Part shown: piece after piece, positions 52,776 to 63,906 of the stretch | Position numbering within the stretch: the first letter of the stretch is position 1 | Layout: every line of letters starts with the position of its first letter | Assembly: GCA_965279525.1 (NCBI GenBank) | Contig: CBDIIB010000005.1 | Location: forward strand, 160,001 to 224,000 | Direction: 5' to 3' | Length of the DNA stretch: 64,000 nucleotides | Source: Tagaea sp. | GTDB taxonomy: Bacteria; Pseudomonadota; Alphaproteobacteria; CACIAM-22H2 | The notes under the pieces: generated by a model | The model's input: the letters and a program-made list of their open reading frames with translations, nothing else | Database searches by the model: none | What the model was told of the DNA's origin: nothing | Translations under genes and position numbers: made by a program

Positions 52776-54371
52776 TTATTTCTTCGCGATCTCGTGATAG
52801 TAGTTGTTGTCGAACGACGGCCCGATGATGAAGCCGCCGACATTGGACTTGCTGACCGCCGTCTCGATCTGCTGCGACATGATCACGAACGGCGAGACCT
52901 TCTGGTGCTCGCGCTGCACGGCTTCATAGGTGACGCGGCGCTTGGCCGGGTCCCGCTCGGTCACCGCGGCCAGCACCGTGCGGCTCATGCCCGGGATGTC
53001 CCAGGCGTTGCGCCACGCGAGCGTCTTGGAGCGCGCGTCGTCGGTGTTGTCGAGGTTGATCGCGAAGGTTTCCGCGTTCGTGTGGGGGTCCTGATAGTCC
53101 GGGCCCCACTGGCCGATATAGATGTCGTGGTTGCGGGCGCGGTACTTGGTCAGCGTCTGCCGGCCGTCGCCCGGGATGATCTCGAGCTTGACGCCGGCCT
53201 GCGCCCACTGCGCCTGCAGGGCCTGCGCGATGTCCTGGATCGGCGAGGTGGTGCGCACGTCCATCGTGATCGAGAAGCCGTTGGGCAGGCCCGCGGCCGC
53301 CAGCAGCGCCTTGCCCTTGGCGAGATCGAACTTGTAGGGCTTGTCGTCGATGGCGCCGAGGAAGCCGATCGGCAGGAAGGCCTGGTGCGTCTTGAACTTG
53401 CCGGCCGTCAGGTTGCGCTCGATCGACTCGTAGTCCGTGAGCCACTTGAGGGCTTCGCGCACTTCGGGCTTGGCGAGGTTGGCGTTCTTCTGGTTGAGGC
53501 CGAGATAGAGGATCGCCCCCTTGCTGCCGTTCTGCACGGTGAACTTGGGATTGTTGCGCAGCGTGGCAAGGTCGTCCTTGAGCAGGTCGCGCGCGTAGTC
53601 GACGTCGCCCTTTTCCAGCAGCAGGCGCTGCGTGGCCGTTTCCGGGATGTGGCGCACGATCACGCGGTTGTTCTTCGGCACGCCGCGGAACCAGGCCTTG
53701 TTGGCCTCCATCGTGTACTGGTCGGACGCGCGCCAGACGCGCAGCTTGTACGCCCCCGAGCCCGCCGAGTTCTGCTTGAGCCAGGCGTTGCCGAAATCGT
53801 CGCCTTTGGCGTTGGCCTGGACGAGCTTGCTGTCGACGACGGCCGCGACCGTGGCGGTGAGGCAGTAATAGAAGAACGTCGGCGCGTAGGCCTTGTCGGT
53901 GACGATGACGAGCGTGTCGGGGGCCGTCGCCTTGACCTTGTCGCGCACGTTGTCCTTGTTGAGGCCGAACTGCGTCAGGATGAAGCCGGGCGTCTTGTTC
54001 ATGATGACGGCGCGGTGCAGCGAATAGGCCGCGTCGTCGGCCGTGACCGGGTTGCCCGAATGGAACTTCACGCCCTGGCGCATCTTGAAGGTGTAGGTCA
54101 TGCCGTCGGCGCCGATCGACCAGCTGGTCGCGAGTTCGCCGTTCAGCTTCGTCACGTCGTTGAGATCGTAGCCGATCAGGCGGTCGTAGAGGTTGGCGAC
54201 GACTTCCGAGCCCGAGAACTCGAACGATTCGGCCGGATCGAGCGAGATGATGTCGTCGATCTGCTTGGCCATCACGATGGTGTCGCGCGGCGTCTGTGCC
54301 GAAGCGGCACCGCCGAGGCCGAGCGCCACCGAAATGGCGGCAGCCGCGGCAAATCCGAGTTTCATGCGCAT
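52776..54371 (-). CDS. peptide/nickel ABC transporter substrate-binding protein (family 5)
   Basis: Signal peptide; SLDPAE, LATSW, GVKFHSGNPVTADD, GSGAY. Confidence 0.93.
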   Translation of the reverse strand: MRMKLGFAAAAAISVALGLGGAASAQTPRDTIVMAKQIDDIISLDPAESFEFSGSEVVANLYDRLIGYDLNDVTKLNGELATSWSIGADGMTYTFKMRQGVKFHSGNPVTADDAAYSLHRAVIMNKTPGFILTQFGLNKDNVRDKVKATAPDTLVIVTDKAYAPTFFYYCLTATVAAVVDSKLVQANAKGDDFGNAWLKQNSAGSGAYKLRVWRASDQYTMEANKAWFRGVPKNNRVIVRHIPETATQRLLLEKGDVDYARDLLKDDLATLRNNPKFTVQNGSKGAILYLGLNQKNANLAKPEVREALKWLTDYESIERNLTAGKFKTHQAFLPIGFLGAIDDKPYKFDLAKGKALLAAAGLPNGFSITMDVRTTSPIQDIAQALQAQWAQAGVKLEIIPGDGRQTLTKYRARNHDIYIGQWGPDYQDPHTNAETFAINLDNTDDARSKTLAWRNAWDIPGMSRTVLAAVTERDPAKRRVTYEAVQREHQKVSPFVIMSQQIETAVSKSNVGGFIIGPSFDNNYYHEIAKK

Positions 54372-54451
54372 GCGGGTCGTTCCCTTCCAAGGGGTTGAAT
54401 TCGAAGCGCGCATTTCACGCGCCGACCCTGTGCAAGTCAAGCCGCACCTCG

Positions 54452-54865
54452 TCACAGCCGGTCGATCGCGTGCGCCTTAAGGTCGTCGAGCGCGCATACA
54501 TCGAGCGTGGACACATGGGTCGATGCCAGCACGACTTTCGGCGCCATGCCCGCGACGAACGCCTCCTGCCAGCGTGCGGCACACAGGCACCAGCGGTCGC
54601 CGGGCTTCAGGCCCGGAAATCCGTAGGCCGGCATCGGCGTCGACAGGTCGTTGCCGCGCGACTTCGAGAAGTCGAGGAATTCCGCCGTCGCGACGACGCA
54701 GACGGTATGCCGCCCGAAATCCTGCGGTCCGGTATTGCAGCAGCCGTCGCGGAAAAATCCCGTCAGCGGCGTGCGGCTGCATTCGACCAGCGGCAGCCCC
54801 AGCACGTTCTTCGCCCCGCGCGGCCCGCCCCCGCCGTCACCCCGTTCGTCGCGCTCGCCGTCCAT
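54452..54865 (-). CDS. DUF2237 family protein
   Basis: NVLG..L..CS..P.TGFFRDGCC, PGDRWCLCAARW. Confidence 0.9.
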   Translation of the reverse strand: MDGERDERGDGGGGPRGAKNVLGLPLVECSRTPLTGFFRDGCCNTGPQDFGRHTVCVVATAEFLDFSKSRGNDLSTPMPAYGFPGLKPGDRWCLCAARWQEAFVAGMAPKVVLASTHVSTLDVCALDDLKAHAIDRL

Positions 54866-54902
54866 CGGTAAACACCCCTCACCCTGACCTTAATTTCTAC
54901 AC

Positions 54903-54997
54903 GTCATGCCCGGGCTTGTCCCGGGCATCCACGACTTGATCGTCGAGCGCCGCAAGACACAAAAGTCGTAGACCCCCGGGTCAAGCCCGGGGGTGAC
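54903..54997. repeat. paired inverted REP elements (BIME-like)
   Basis: GTCATGCCCGGGCTTGTCCCGGGCATCCACGAC ... GTCGTAGACCCCCGGGTCAAGCCCGGGGGTGAC. Confidence 0.85.
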
Positions 54998-55012
54998 GGA
55001 AAAAGAAAGCGC

Positions 55013-55303
55013 TCACGGCTTCTCCACGCGCCCCGGCGTGACCGTGCCGCCTTCGCCCATGCGCGGCGGCACGTAGACGCCGCGTGCTTCCTGGCTGCCC
55101 TGCATCAGCACGAGGCCGACGGTGACGACGCCCGCGAGCACGACGCCCGCGACCGACAGCCACACCCACGGCGCTTCTGCCCAGGTGGGTGCTTCGCCAT
55201 GGCCGAGCTTGTCGGCGCGGCGCTTTTCCATCGCCATCCACGCGGCATAGAGAGCGAGCGGCAGGACCAGCGGCACGATGAATTCGAGCAGGATGCGGAT
55301 CAT
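55013..55303 (-). CDS. DUF6111-like small membrane protein
   Basis: MIR..L....LP..LY..W, YVPP..G....PG; follows the Nudix gene. Confidence 0.75.
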   Translation of the reverse strand: MIRILLEFIVPLVLPLALYAAWMAMEKRRADKLGHGEAPTWAEAPWVWLSVAGVVLAGVVTVGLVLMQGSQEARGVYVPPRMGEGGTVTPGRVEKP

Positions 55304-55944
55304 GGCGTGTCCTCTCCGGCCAGCACCTCGGCGAGATTGACGAGCATGCCGGCGGTCGCACCCCAGATATAGCGCTCGGGATAGGGCAGCACCCAGAAAT
55401 GCCGTTCGGCACCCTGAAACATGCGCGAGCGGCGCTCGCGGTTACGCGGATCGAGCACGAAGGAAAGCGGCACCTCGAAGATGTCGGCCACCTCGAACGT
55501 GTCGGGCGTGAGATCGAAGGGCGGGCGCACGAGGCCGACGACGGGTGTCACTTCATAGGAGGTGCGCGTCCGGTACGTGTCGAGCCGGCCGACGATCTCG
55601 ACGTGGCGGCGGTGGAGGCCGATCTCCTCTTCCGTCTCGCGCAGGGCCGCGGCGACCGGATCGGGATCGTCCGCCTCGATGCGCCCGCCGGGGAAACTGA
55701 TCTGGCCGGCATGGTCGTGCAGGTGTGCTGTGCGCTGGGTGAGCAGCACCGACAGCCCCTCCGGCCGCTCGACCAGCGGGACGAGCACGGCGGCGGGCCG
55801 CAGCGCGTCGCCGGGCATCGGCATGTCGGGATTGCCGTCATGGTCGCCGCGCACGCGCCCGAGCGTGGCCGACCGGCGCACGCCCGGAACGGAACGGCCG
55901 ATCAACGCGCGGATCTCGGCAGGCGTTGGCGTATCGGGGCTCAT
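55300..55944 (-). CDS. CoA pyrophosphatase (Nudix)
   Basis: AAVLVPL, LLTQR..HL..HAGQISFPGG, ALRETEEEIG, IWGATAGML. Confidence 0.93.
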   Translation of the reverse strand: MSPDTPTPAEIRALIGRSVPGVRRSATLGRVRGDHDGNPDMPMPGDALRPAAVLVPLVERPEGLSVLLTQRTAHLHDHAGQISFPGGRIEADDPDPVAAALRETEEEIGLHRRHVEIVGRLDTYRTRTSYEVTPVVGLVRPPFDLTPDTFEVADIFEVPLSFVLDPRNRERRSRMFQGAERHFWVLPYPERYIWGATAGMLVNLAEVLAGEDTP

Positions 55945-56525
55945 GCGGCCGGCCCCAGCGGGAAGAATGTTCCGCCGCTCCACACGCCCATCGTGTCGCC
56001 GCGAAGCTCGGCGCGTTCGACCAGCCGGTAGAACGCGGCGCGCGCGATGCGCGCTTCGAGCCCCGGCCGCACGAGCACATAGGGGGCGGGTTCGTCGCCG
56101 GCGCCAAGCACGACGCGGATCGGCCGCAAGGGGCCGGCTTCCACCGACTCGTCGAGATTGGTGCGGAAGGTCAGCATCTGGGCGGGGCCCATCCCTGTCG
56201 AGTCGAAGTCGACCGCGACGAACGGCACGTCGTCGACCGCGACGCGGCCTTTCTCGACGGGCGTTACCAGCCAGTAACTGCCGTCGGCCTCGCGGCGCAG
56301 CACGCGGGCGAAGAGTTTCACCAGTGCCGCGCGTCCAATCGGCGAACCGCGATAGAGCCAGGTCCCGTCGCGGACGATTCGCAAGTCGAAATCGCCACAG
56401 ATTTCGGTGGGTTCGCCCGAACGATCCACAGGCTGATTCGCCAGCGGTACGCCGCGTGCAAGGCCTTGGGGGCGCAGGCTGTCGAGGCGCAAAATTGCGG
56501 GGTCGGCGAACGGTTCGTCGGTCAT
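55941..56525 (-). CDS. DUF1285 domain protein
   Basis: RDGTWLYRGSPIGR..LVKLF, LVTPVEK..V.VDDVPF, FRTN. Confidence 0.9.
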   Translation of the reverse strand: MTDEPFADPAILRLDSLRPQGLARGVPLANQPVDRSGEPTEICGDFDLRIVRDGTWLYRGSPIGRAALVKLFARVLRREADGSYWLVTPVEKGRVAVDDVPFVAVDFDSTGMGPAQMLTFRTNLDESVEAGPLRPIRVVLGAGDEPAPYVLVRPGLEARIARAAFYRLVERAELRGDTMGVWSGGTFFPLGPAA

Positions 56526-56681
56526 GTGAATTGGCGGAGTCTACACCGTGACGGACGTAACATGCACGCGCTGGACGCCAGCCCCTCGGGCATCGCACAC
56601 TTGGCCCGTAAAAGCGTCGGTCCATATGTCACCGGCAGAGCCTTCGTCGGCCTCGACGATCGCCGGAAAGCGAGGAACCCC

Positions 56682-57686
<1,005 letters not shown>

Positions 57687-57702
57687 GGCGAACGCGAACG
57701 AA

Positions 57703-58623
57703 GTGTCGATCTTCGCGACCACCGCTTCGGCCTTCGCCGCCCCGCCGCAGGACGCGCATGCGCGCCGTCTTGCCGCCGAGGCGGCCGCCAGCCGCCTGCC
57801 CGCCCTGCTTGTCGCCGCCCAGCGCGTGGCGAACACGGTGGCGCAGGGCGTGCACGGCCGCCGGCGTTCGGGACCGGGCGAGACGTTCTGGCAGTTCCGT
57901 CGCTACATGCCCGGCGACACGGTCGATCGCATCGACTGGCGCCAGACGGCGAAAACGGATCACGTGTTCGTGCGCGAGACCGAGTGGGAAGCCGCGCAGA
58001 CCGTGTGGCTGTGGCGCGACCGCTCGCCGTCGATGGCGTGGGCCTCGTCGGCGAAGCTGCCGCACAAGCTCGATCGCGCCGAACTGCTGCTCGTCGCGTT
58101 GGCCTCGCTGCTGGCCCGCGGCGGCGAGCGCGTGGGCATCCTCGGCGGCACGCCGCGCCCGCTGCACGGGCGCTTCGCGGTCAACCGGCTGGCCGACACG
58201 GTCTTCGCGCGCAACGACCCCGCGACCGGCGTGCCGCCGGCCGCCCGCCTTGCCCGCCATTCGACCGTCGTGCTGATGGGCGATTTCCTTGCCCCCCTTG
58301 CCGAGACCGATGCCGCAATACGCACGCTCGCCGCCGGGGGCACGCGCGGCCATGTCGTGCACCTGATCGATCCGGCGGAGGAAGGCCTGCCCTATGCCGG
58401 CCGCACGCGTTTCGACGGGCTGGAGAACGAGGACTCGCTGCTGGTGAGCCGCGTGGAAAACGTGCGCGGCGACTATCGCAAGGTGTTCGTCGAGCATGTC
58501 GCGGGCCTGCGCGACATCGCGCGCGCCTATGGCTGGGGCTATGTCGAGCACCGCACCGACAAGGCGCCCGAGCTTGCGCTGATGGCGCTGTGGCTCGCAC
58601 TTGCCAACGACGGGAAGCGCTGA
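57703..58623 (+). CDS. DUF58 domain protein
   Basis: GVHGRRRSGPGETFWQFR, IDWR, VRETEWE, DPAEE. Confidence 0.92.
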   Translation: MSIFATTASAFAAPPQDAHARRLAAEAAASRLPALLVAAQRVANTVAQGVHGRRRSGPGETFWQFRRYMPGDTVDRIDWRQTAKTDHVFVRETEWEAAQTVWLWRDRSPSMAWASSAKLPHKLDRAELLLVALASLLARGGERVGILGGTPRPLHGRFAVNRLADTVFARNDPATGVPPAARLARHSTVVLMGDFLAPLAETDAAIRTLAAGGTRGHVVHLIDPAEEGLPYAGRTRFDGLENEDSLLVSRVENVRGDYRKVFVEHVAGLRDIARAYGWGYVEHRTDKAPELALMALWLALANDGKR

Positions 58624-61367
58624 TGGGCCTGCTTTCGTCCTTCGCGTTCCTGACACCGTGGTGGCTGCTCGCACTCGCCAGCCTGCCGATCCTGTGGTGG
58701 CTGCTGCGCGTGACCCCGCCAGCACCACGCCGCGCCCTGTTCCCGGCGATCGCGTTGCTCGCCCGCCTGAAGCCCAAGGAAGAAACGCCGGCGCAAACAC
58801 CGTGGTGGCTGCTGCTGCTGCGCCTGCTGATCGCGTTCCTGATCATCCTCGCCCTCGCCCAGCCCGTGCTCAACCCGGCGGCACGCCTGTCGGGTGGTGG
58901 CCCCGCGATCGTCGTCGTGGACGATGGCTGGGCGGCGGCCCCCAACTGGCGGGCCCGGCGCGATGCGATCGACCAGTTCATCGACCGGGCCGAGCGCGAT
59001 GCGCGGCCCGTCATCGTGCTGCCCACGGCCCCGACGCTGTCCGGCGATCCGCCGCGCCCGTCGCGCCTGATGACGGCGGGCGAGGCGCGCACGCTGGTGG
59101 GGGCACTGGAACCCAAGCCCTGGCCGGTCGACCGGCAGGCGGCCCTCGCCACGCTCGAAGCGGTCGCCCCGCCGCAGGCCGCCGCGATCCAGTATATCGG
59201 CGACGGGCTCGACGACCCGCATCTGGCCCCGCTGCTCGAACGCCTGCAGCGCATCGGCCCGGTCACGTATTTCGCCGACGCGCCCGAAAGTCTCGCGCGC
59301 CTCGTGCTGCCGCCGGTTTCCGAAGCAAGCGCCATCGCCGTGACGGTGGCGCGGCCGGTGACCACACCGGCACAAGACGCCATGCTCGTCGCGCGCGGCG
59401 AGGATGGCCGCCCGCTGGCGCGCGAACGACTGCGCTTCGAAGACGGCGACAGCACGGGCATGGCGCGCGTGACGCTGCCGGCCGAGCTTCGCAACCGCGT
59501 GGCGCGAATCGAGGTCGAAGGCGAAGGATCGGCCGGTGCGACGGCGCTGATCGACGAACGCTGGCGCCGGCGCCCCGTCGGCATCGTCTCGGGCGCTACG
59601 GTCGAGAAGAACAACCAGCCGCTCCTCGCCGACACGTTCTATCTGGAGCGTGCGTTGCAGCCTTTCAGCGAAGTGCGCCATGGCGACATCGCCCAGCTTC
59701 TCCAGCGCGAGATCGCCGTGCTGATCCTCGCCGACGTGGGCCAGCTTGCCGAGAGCGAGCGGGCCGCACTCGACAACTGGATCAAGCGTGGCGGCGTGGT
59801 CGTGCGTTTCGCGGGGCCGCGCCTTGCCGAGGCCGACGACGATTTCGTGCCGGCCCCCTTGCGTCTTGGCGGGCGCGCGTTCGGCGGTGCGATGAGCTGG
59901 GAGCAGCCGCTGGGTCTTGCCCCGTTCGATGCCGGGTCGGCGTTCTCGGGCCTTGAAGTGCCGGGCGACGTGCGCGTGCGCCGGCAGGTGCTGGCCGAGC
60001 CCACGCTGGATCTGGCCCAGAAGACATGGGCGCGGCTCGTCGACGGCACGCCGCTCGTCACGGCCGACAAGCGCGGCGAAGGCTGGCTGGTGCTCGTGCA
60101 CGTGACGGCATCGCCCGAATGGTCGGACCTGCCGCTCTCGGGCCTCTATCTCGACATGCTGCGCCGGCTGATCGGGCTGGCGCAGGGGATTTCCGGCGAT
60201 GCCGGTGGGGACGCACTGCTCGCCCCGATCGCCACGCTCGACGCGTTCGGCCGCCTGCAGGCCCCCTTCCCCGCCGCGACCGGCATTCCGGCGCGCGCCC
60301 TTGCCACGCAGGCGATCGGCCCGCGCAGCCCGCCCGGCCATTACGGCACCGAGCTTGCGCGCCGCGCCCTAAATCTCGGGCAGAGCGTCGAGCCGCCGCG
60401 CGCGGTGCGTTCGCTTCCCGGCGGCGTGGACCGCGCCACCTATGCACGGCCGCGCGAGGTCGATTTCAAGCCGGCCCTGTTCGTGGCGGCCCTGCTGCTG
60501 CTGCTCGCCGATCTGGTCGTGGCCCTCGTACTGCGCGGACTTGCAGTGCCCGCGGGCCTCAGGCGCAAGCTCGGCGGCGGAGCGGCCGCGTTGCTGGTCG
60601 CATTGCTCGCCGCCGGCGACGTGCAAGCGCAAAGCGCCCCGCCGGTCGACGACGCGACGGCGCTTTCCAACGCCATGCAGACGCGCTTTGCCTACGTGAA
60701 AAGCGGCGACCCCGCGATCGACGACGTGAGCCGGGCGGGCCTTGCGGGATTGGGCGTGATCCTCGCGCGGCGCACGGCGGTCGATCCCGGTGCACCCGTC
60801 GCGGTCGACATCGAGCGCGACGAAATGGCGTTCTTCCCGCTGGTCTACTGGCCGGTGGCACCGGCGGGCGCGCGCCCCAGCCCCAACGCGATGGCGCGCG
60901 TGAAGCAGTATCTGGTCGATGGCGGCATGATCCTGTTCGACACGCGCGAGGCGGGCGGCATCGGTCCGGCCGGCGGCGGAGCAGCCGCCCAGCGCCTGCG
61001 CGACATCCTGCGCCCGCTCGACCTGCCGCGCCTGGCACGCGTTCCGGCCGAGCACGTGCTGACGAAGACCTTCTATCTCCTGCAGGACTTTCCCGGCCGG
61101 CTCGCCGGCGCACCCTTGTGGATCGAGCAGCCCGACGCGCGCGACAACGACGGCGTCACCTCGGTGCTGATCGGGGCCAACGACTGGGCATCGGCCTGGG
61201 CGCTGGACGCCAGCGGGCGCGCGATGTTCGCGGCCGTGCCCGGCGGCGAAGGCCAGCGCGAGCTGGCCGTGCGTTTCGGCGTCAATCTCGTGATGTACGC
61301 GCTGACCGGCAACTACAAGGGCGACCAGGTGCATGTCGAGACGATCCTGGACAGGCTGAAGCGATGA
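58623..61367 (+). CDS. BatA / DUF4159 domain membrane protein
   Basis: WWLLRVTPP, TPWWLLLLR (BatA); LVDGTPLVTA; GVNLVMYALTGNYKGDQVH. Confidence 0.9.
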   Translation: MGLLSSFAFLTPWWLLALASLPILWWLLRVTPPAPRRALFPAIALLARLKPKEETPAQTPWWLLLLRLLIAFLIILALAQPVLNPAARLSGGGPAIVVVDDGWAAAPNWRARRDAIDQFIDRAERDARPVIVLPTAPTLSGDPPRPSRLMTAGEARTLVGALEPKPWPVDRQAALATLEAVAPPQAAAIQYIGDGLDDPHLAPLLERLQRIGPVTYFADAPESLARLVLPPVSEASAIAVTVARPVTTPAQDAMLVARGEDGRPLARERLRFEDGDSTGMARVTLPAELRNRVARIEVEGEGSAGATALIDERWRRRPVGIVSGATVEKNNQPLLADTFYLERALQPFSEVRHGDIAQLLQREIAVLILADVGQLAESERAALDNWIKRGGVVVRFAGPRLAEADDDFVPAPLRLGGRAFGGAMSWEQPLGLAPFDAGSAFSGLEVPGDVRVRRQVLAEPTLDLAQKTWARLVDGTPLVTADKRGEGWLVLVHVTASPEWSDLPLSGLYLDMLRRLIGLAQGISGDAGGDALLAPIATLDAFGRLQAPFPAATGIPARALATQAIGPRSPPGHYGTELARRALNLGQSVEPPRAVRSLPGGVDRATYARPREVDFKPALFVAALLLLLADLVVALVLRGLAVPAGLRRKLGGGAAALLVALLAAGDVQAQSAPPVDDATALSNAMQTRFAYVKSGDPAIDDVSRAGLAGLGVILARRTAVDPGAPVAVDIERDEMAFFPLVYWPVAPAGARPSPNAMARVKQYLVDGGMILFDTREAGGIGPAGGGAAAQRLRDILRPLDLPRLARVPAEHVLTKTFYLLQDFPGRLAGAPLWIEQPDARDNDGVTSVLIGANDWASAWALDASGRAMFAAVPGGEGQRELAVRFGVNLVMYALTGNYKGDQVHVETILDRLKR

Positions 61368-63472
61368 CCGAATATTCGCTCGCCTTCGCCCCGCTCGTCG
61401 GCTGGACCTGGTTCCTGGTCCTCGCGGGCGTGGCATTCGCGATCCTCGCACTCGCATGGATCGTGCGGGCGCGCGGGGCGGTCTGGCGCACGGCCGCCGT
61501 CGCGGGCCTGCTGCTCGCCATCGCCAATCCGCTGGCTGTGATCGAGGAGCGCCGGCCGCTGTCCGACATCGGCCTGCTCGTCATCGACGACAGCGACAGC
61601 ATGAAGACCGGCGAGCGCGGCCAGCGCGTCGACCGGGCCGCGACCGCCATCCGCGAGCGGCTGGCGCGCGAGAAGGATTTCGAGCTGCGCGTGGTGCGCG
61701 CGGGTGCCGGTGGTGTGGGGCAGGAAGGAACGCGCCTGTTCGACGCGATCGAACGCGCATTGTCCGACGTGCCGCGCAACCGCATCGCTGGCGTGGCCCT
61801 GCTCACCGACGGCCAGGTGCACGACGCGCCCAAGGGTACGGCTGAAGAAATCCATCGCCTCAACCTGCCCGGTCCCGTCCACGGGCTGATCGCCGGCAAC
61901 CGCAACGAGGTCGACCGGCGGCTCGTGCTCGAGCAGGCGCCGGGTTTCGCCATCGTCGCCAAGCCGCAGACGCTGACGGTACGCATCGACGAGGGAACGC
62001 CGCCGCGCGGCGGCAATTCCCCGCGCACCGACGCGCGCGTCGAGGTGAAGCGCGACGGCCAGCCCTTCCGCACGCTGCGCGCCCCTGTGGGGACATCGAC
62101 CGAGATCGAGTTCCAGCTCGACAAGGCCGGCCAGACGGTCTTCGAGATCGAGGTCGAAGCGGGCCCGCGCGAACTGACGCTCGAGAACAACCGGCAGGTC
62201 GTCGTCGTCAACGGCGTGCGCGACCGGCTGCGCGTGCTGCTCGTCACCGGCGAGCCGCATGCCGGCGAGCGCACGTGGCGCAACCTGCTCAAATCCGACC
62301 CGGCGGTCGATCTCGTGCATTTCACGATCCTGCGTCCGCCCGAAGCGCAGGACTTCACGCCGGTCAACGAGCTGTCGCTGATCGCCTTCCCGATCCGCGA
62401 GCTGTTCGAGGTGAAACTGGGCGAGTTCGACCTCGTCATCTTCGACCGCTACCGGCGGCGCGACGTGCTCGCCCCCGTCTATCTCGACAACATCGTGCGC
62501 TACGTGCGCGCGGGCGGCGCGCTGCTGATCGCCGTGGGGCCGAACTTCTCGTCGCCCAATTCCCTGTTCAATTCCCCGCTCGGCCAGATCATGCCCGGCA
62601 TCCCGACCGGCCAGAGCTTCGAGCAGGGCTACGTGCCCACGCTGTCGCCCGTCGGAAGGCGCCATCCGGTCAGCGCCGACCTGCCGGGGGCCGAGGGCAG
62701 CTCGCCCGAATGGGGCCGCTGGTTCCGCCACATCGACACCGAGCCGCGCCGCGGCCAGGTGCTGATGAACGGCGTGTCCGACCGCCCGCTGCTGCTGCTC
62801 GACCGCGTCGGCGAGGGCCGTGTGGCCCAGCTGATGAGCGACCATATCTGGCTGTGGGGCCGCGGCTTCGACGGCGGCGGCCCGCATGCCGAACTGCTGC
62901 GGCGCATCTCGCACTGGCTGATGAAGGAGCCGGAGCTCGAGGAGAACGACCTGAAAGTCCGCGTGCGCGGCAACCGCGTGGAAGTGGAACGTCGCGCGCT
63001 CGACCCGGTCATCACGCCGGTCACCATCGTCGCCCCCGACGGGACCACGACCGAGCTGCGCCTTGCCGAAACGCGCGGCGGCCGGCAGTCCGGCCTGTTC
63101 GCACCGGACCGCCCCGGCCTCTACCGCCTGTCGGACGGCGAGCGCAGCACGCTCGCCGCCGTGGGTGCCGTCAATCCGACCGAGAGCGCCGACGTGCGCG
63201 CGACCGAAACGCTGCTGAAGCCTGCGGCGGACGCGACCGGCGGCGCCCTCGTCTGGCTTGCCGACGGCAATCCCGAAATCCGCCGCGTGCGCCCTGCACC
63301 CGGACGCGACATGGGCGGCTCGATCCCCGGCGGGCGCGGCTGGATCGGCTTCAAGTCGAACGGCGATTTCGTCGTGACGGGCGTGGCGCAGATGCCGCTG
63401 ATGCCCGGCATCCTGACCTTCCTCCTCTGCCTCGGCCTCGCCTTCATGGCGTGGCGGCAGGAGGGGCGGTAG
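61364..63472 (+). CDS. membrane protein of the MoxR cluster (vWA-like / glutamine amidotransferase-like)
   Basis: LTDGQVHD, GEPHAGERTWRNLLKSDP.VDLVHFTILRPP, HWLMKEPELEE, WRQEGR. Confidence 0.88.
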   Translation: MTEYSLAFAPLVGWTWFLVLAGVAFAILALAWIVRARGAVWRTAAVAGLLLAIANPLAVIEERRPLSDIGLLVIDDSDSMKTGERGQRVDRAATAIRERLAREKDFELRVVRAGAGGVGQEGTRLFDAIERALSDVPRNRIAGVALLTDGQVHDAPKGTAEEIHRLNLPGPVHGLIAGNRNEVDRRLVLEQAPGFAIVAKPQTLTVRIDEGTPPRGGNSPRTDARVEVKRDGQPFRTLRAPVGTSTEIEFQLDKAGQTVFEIEVEAGPRELTLENNRQVVVVNGVRDRLRVLLVTGEPHAGERTWRNLLKSDPAVDLVHFTILRPPEAQDFTPVNELSLIAFPIRELFEVKLGEFDLVIFDRYRRRDVLAPVYLDNIVRYVRAGGALLIAVGPNFSSPNSLFNSPLGQIMPGIPTGQSFEQGYVPTLSPVGRRHPVSADLPGAEGSSPEWGRWFRHIDTEPRRGQVLMNGVSDRPLLLLDRVGEGRVAQLMSDHIWLWGRGFDGGGPHAELLRRISHWLMKEPELEENDLKVRVRGNRVEVERRALDPVITPVTIVAPDGTTTELRLAETRGGRQSGLFAPDRPGLYRLSDGERSTLAAVGAVNPTESADVRATETLLKPAADATGGALVWLADGNPEIRRVRPAPGRDMGGSIPGGRGWIGFKSNGDFVVTGVAQMPLMPGILTFLLCLGLAFMAWRQEGR

Positions 63473-63483
63473 ACGCCGCACCG

Positions 63484-63900
63484 ATGCTTCACGGTTCCTG
63501 CGCGTGCGGAAAGATCCGCTACGAGATCCACGGCGCGCTTCTCGGGCCCGTCACCTATTGCCATTGCTGGCGCTGCCGCAAGCATTCGGGATCGAGCTTC
63601 GGCACGACCGCCGGTCTCGATGCGGCGGCACTGCGTTTCGTCGAAGGCGAGGCCTTGCTGAAATACTGGGAATCGTCGCCGGGCGTGCGCCGCTATTTCG
63701 CGTCGTGCTGCGGATCGCCGATCTACAAACGGGACGCGGCCCATCCCGAAGAGCTCGGCTTCCGTCTCGGCACGCTCGACACCGATCCCGCCGTCACGGC
63801 CGCGATGCACTACCAGGTCGGCTCGAAGGCCCCATGGGTCGAGCTTAGCGACGAGCTGCCCAAGGAATTCGGCGGCCCCGCCTTCGGCAAGCGGGACTAG
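63484..63900 (+). CDS. GFA family (CENP-V) Zn protein
   Basis: GSCACG, CHCWRCRK, SCCGS. Confidence 0.88.
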   Translation: MLHGSCACGKIRYEIHGALLGPVTYCHCWRCRKHSGSSFGTTAGLDAAALRFVEGEALLKYWESSPGVRRYFASCCGSPIYKRDAAHPEELGFRLGTLDTDPAVTAAMHYQVGSKAPWVELSDELPKEFGGPAFGKRD

Positions 63901-63906
63901 GGTGTG

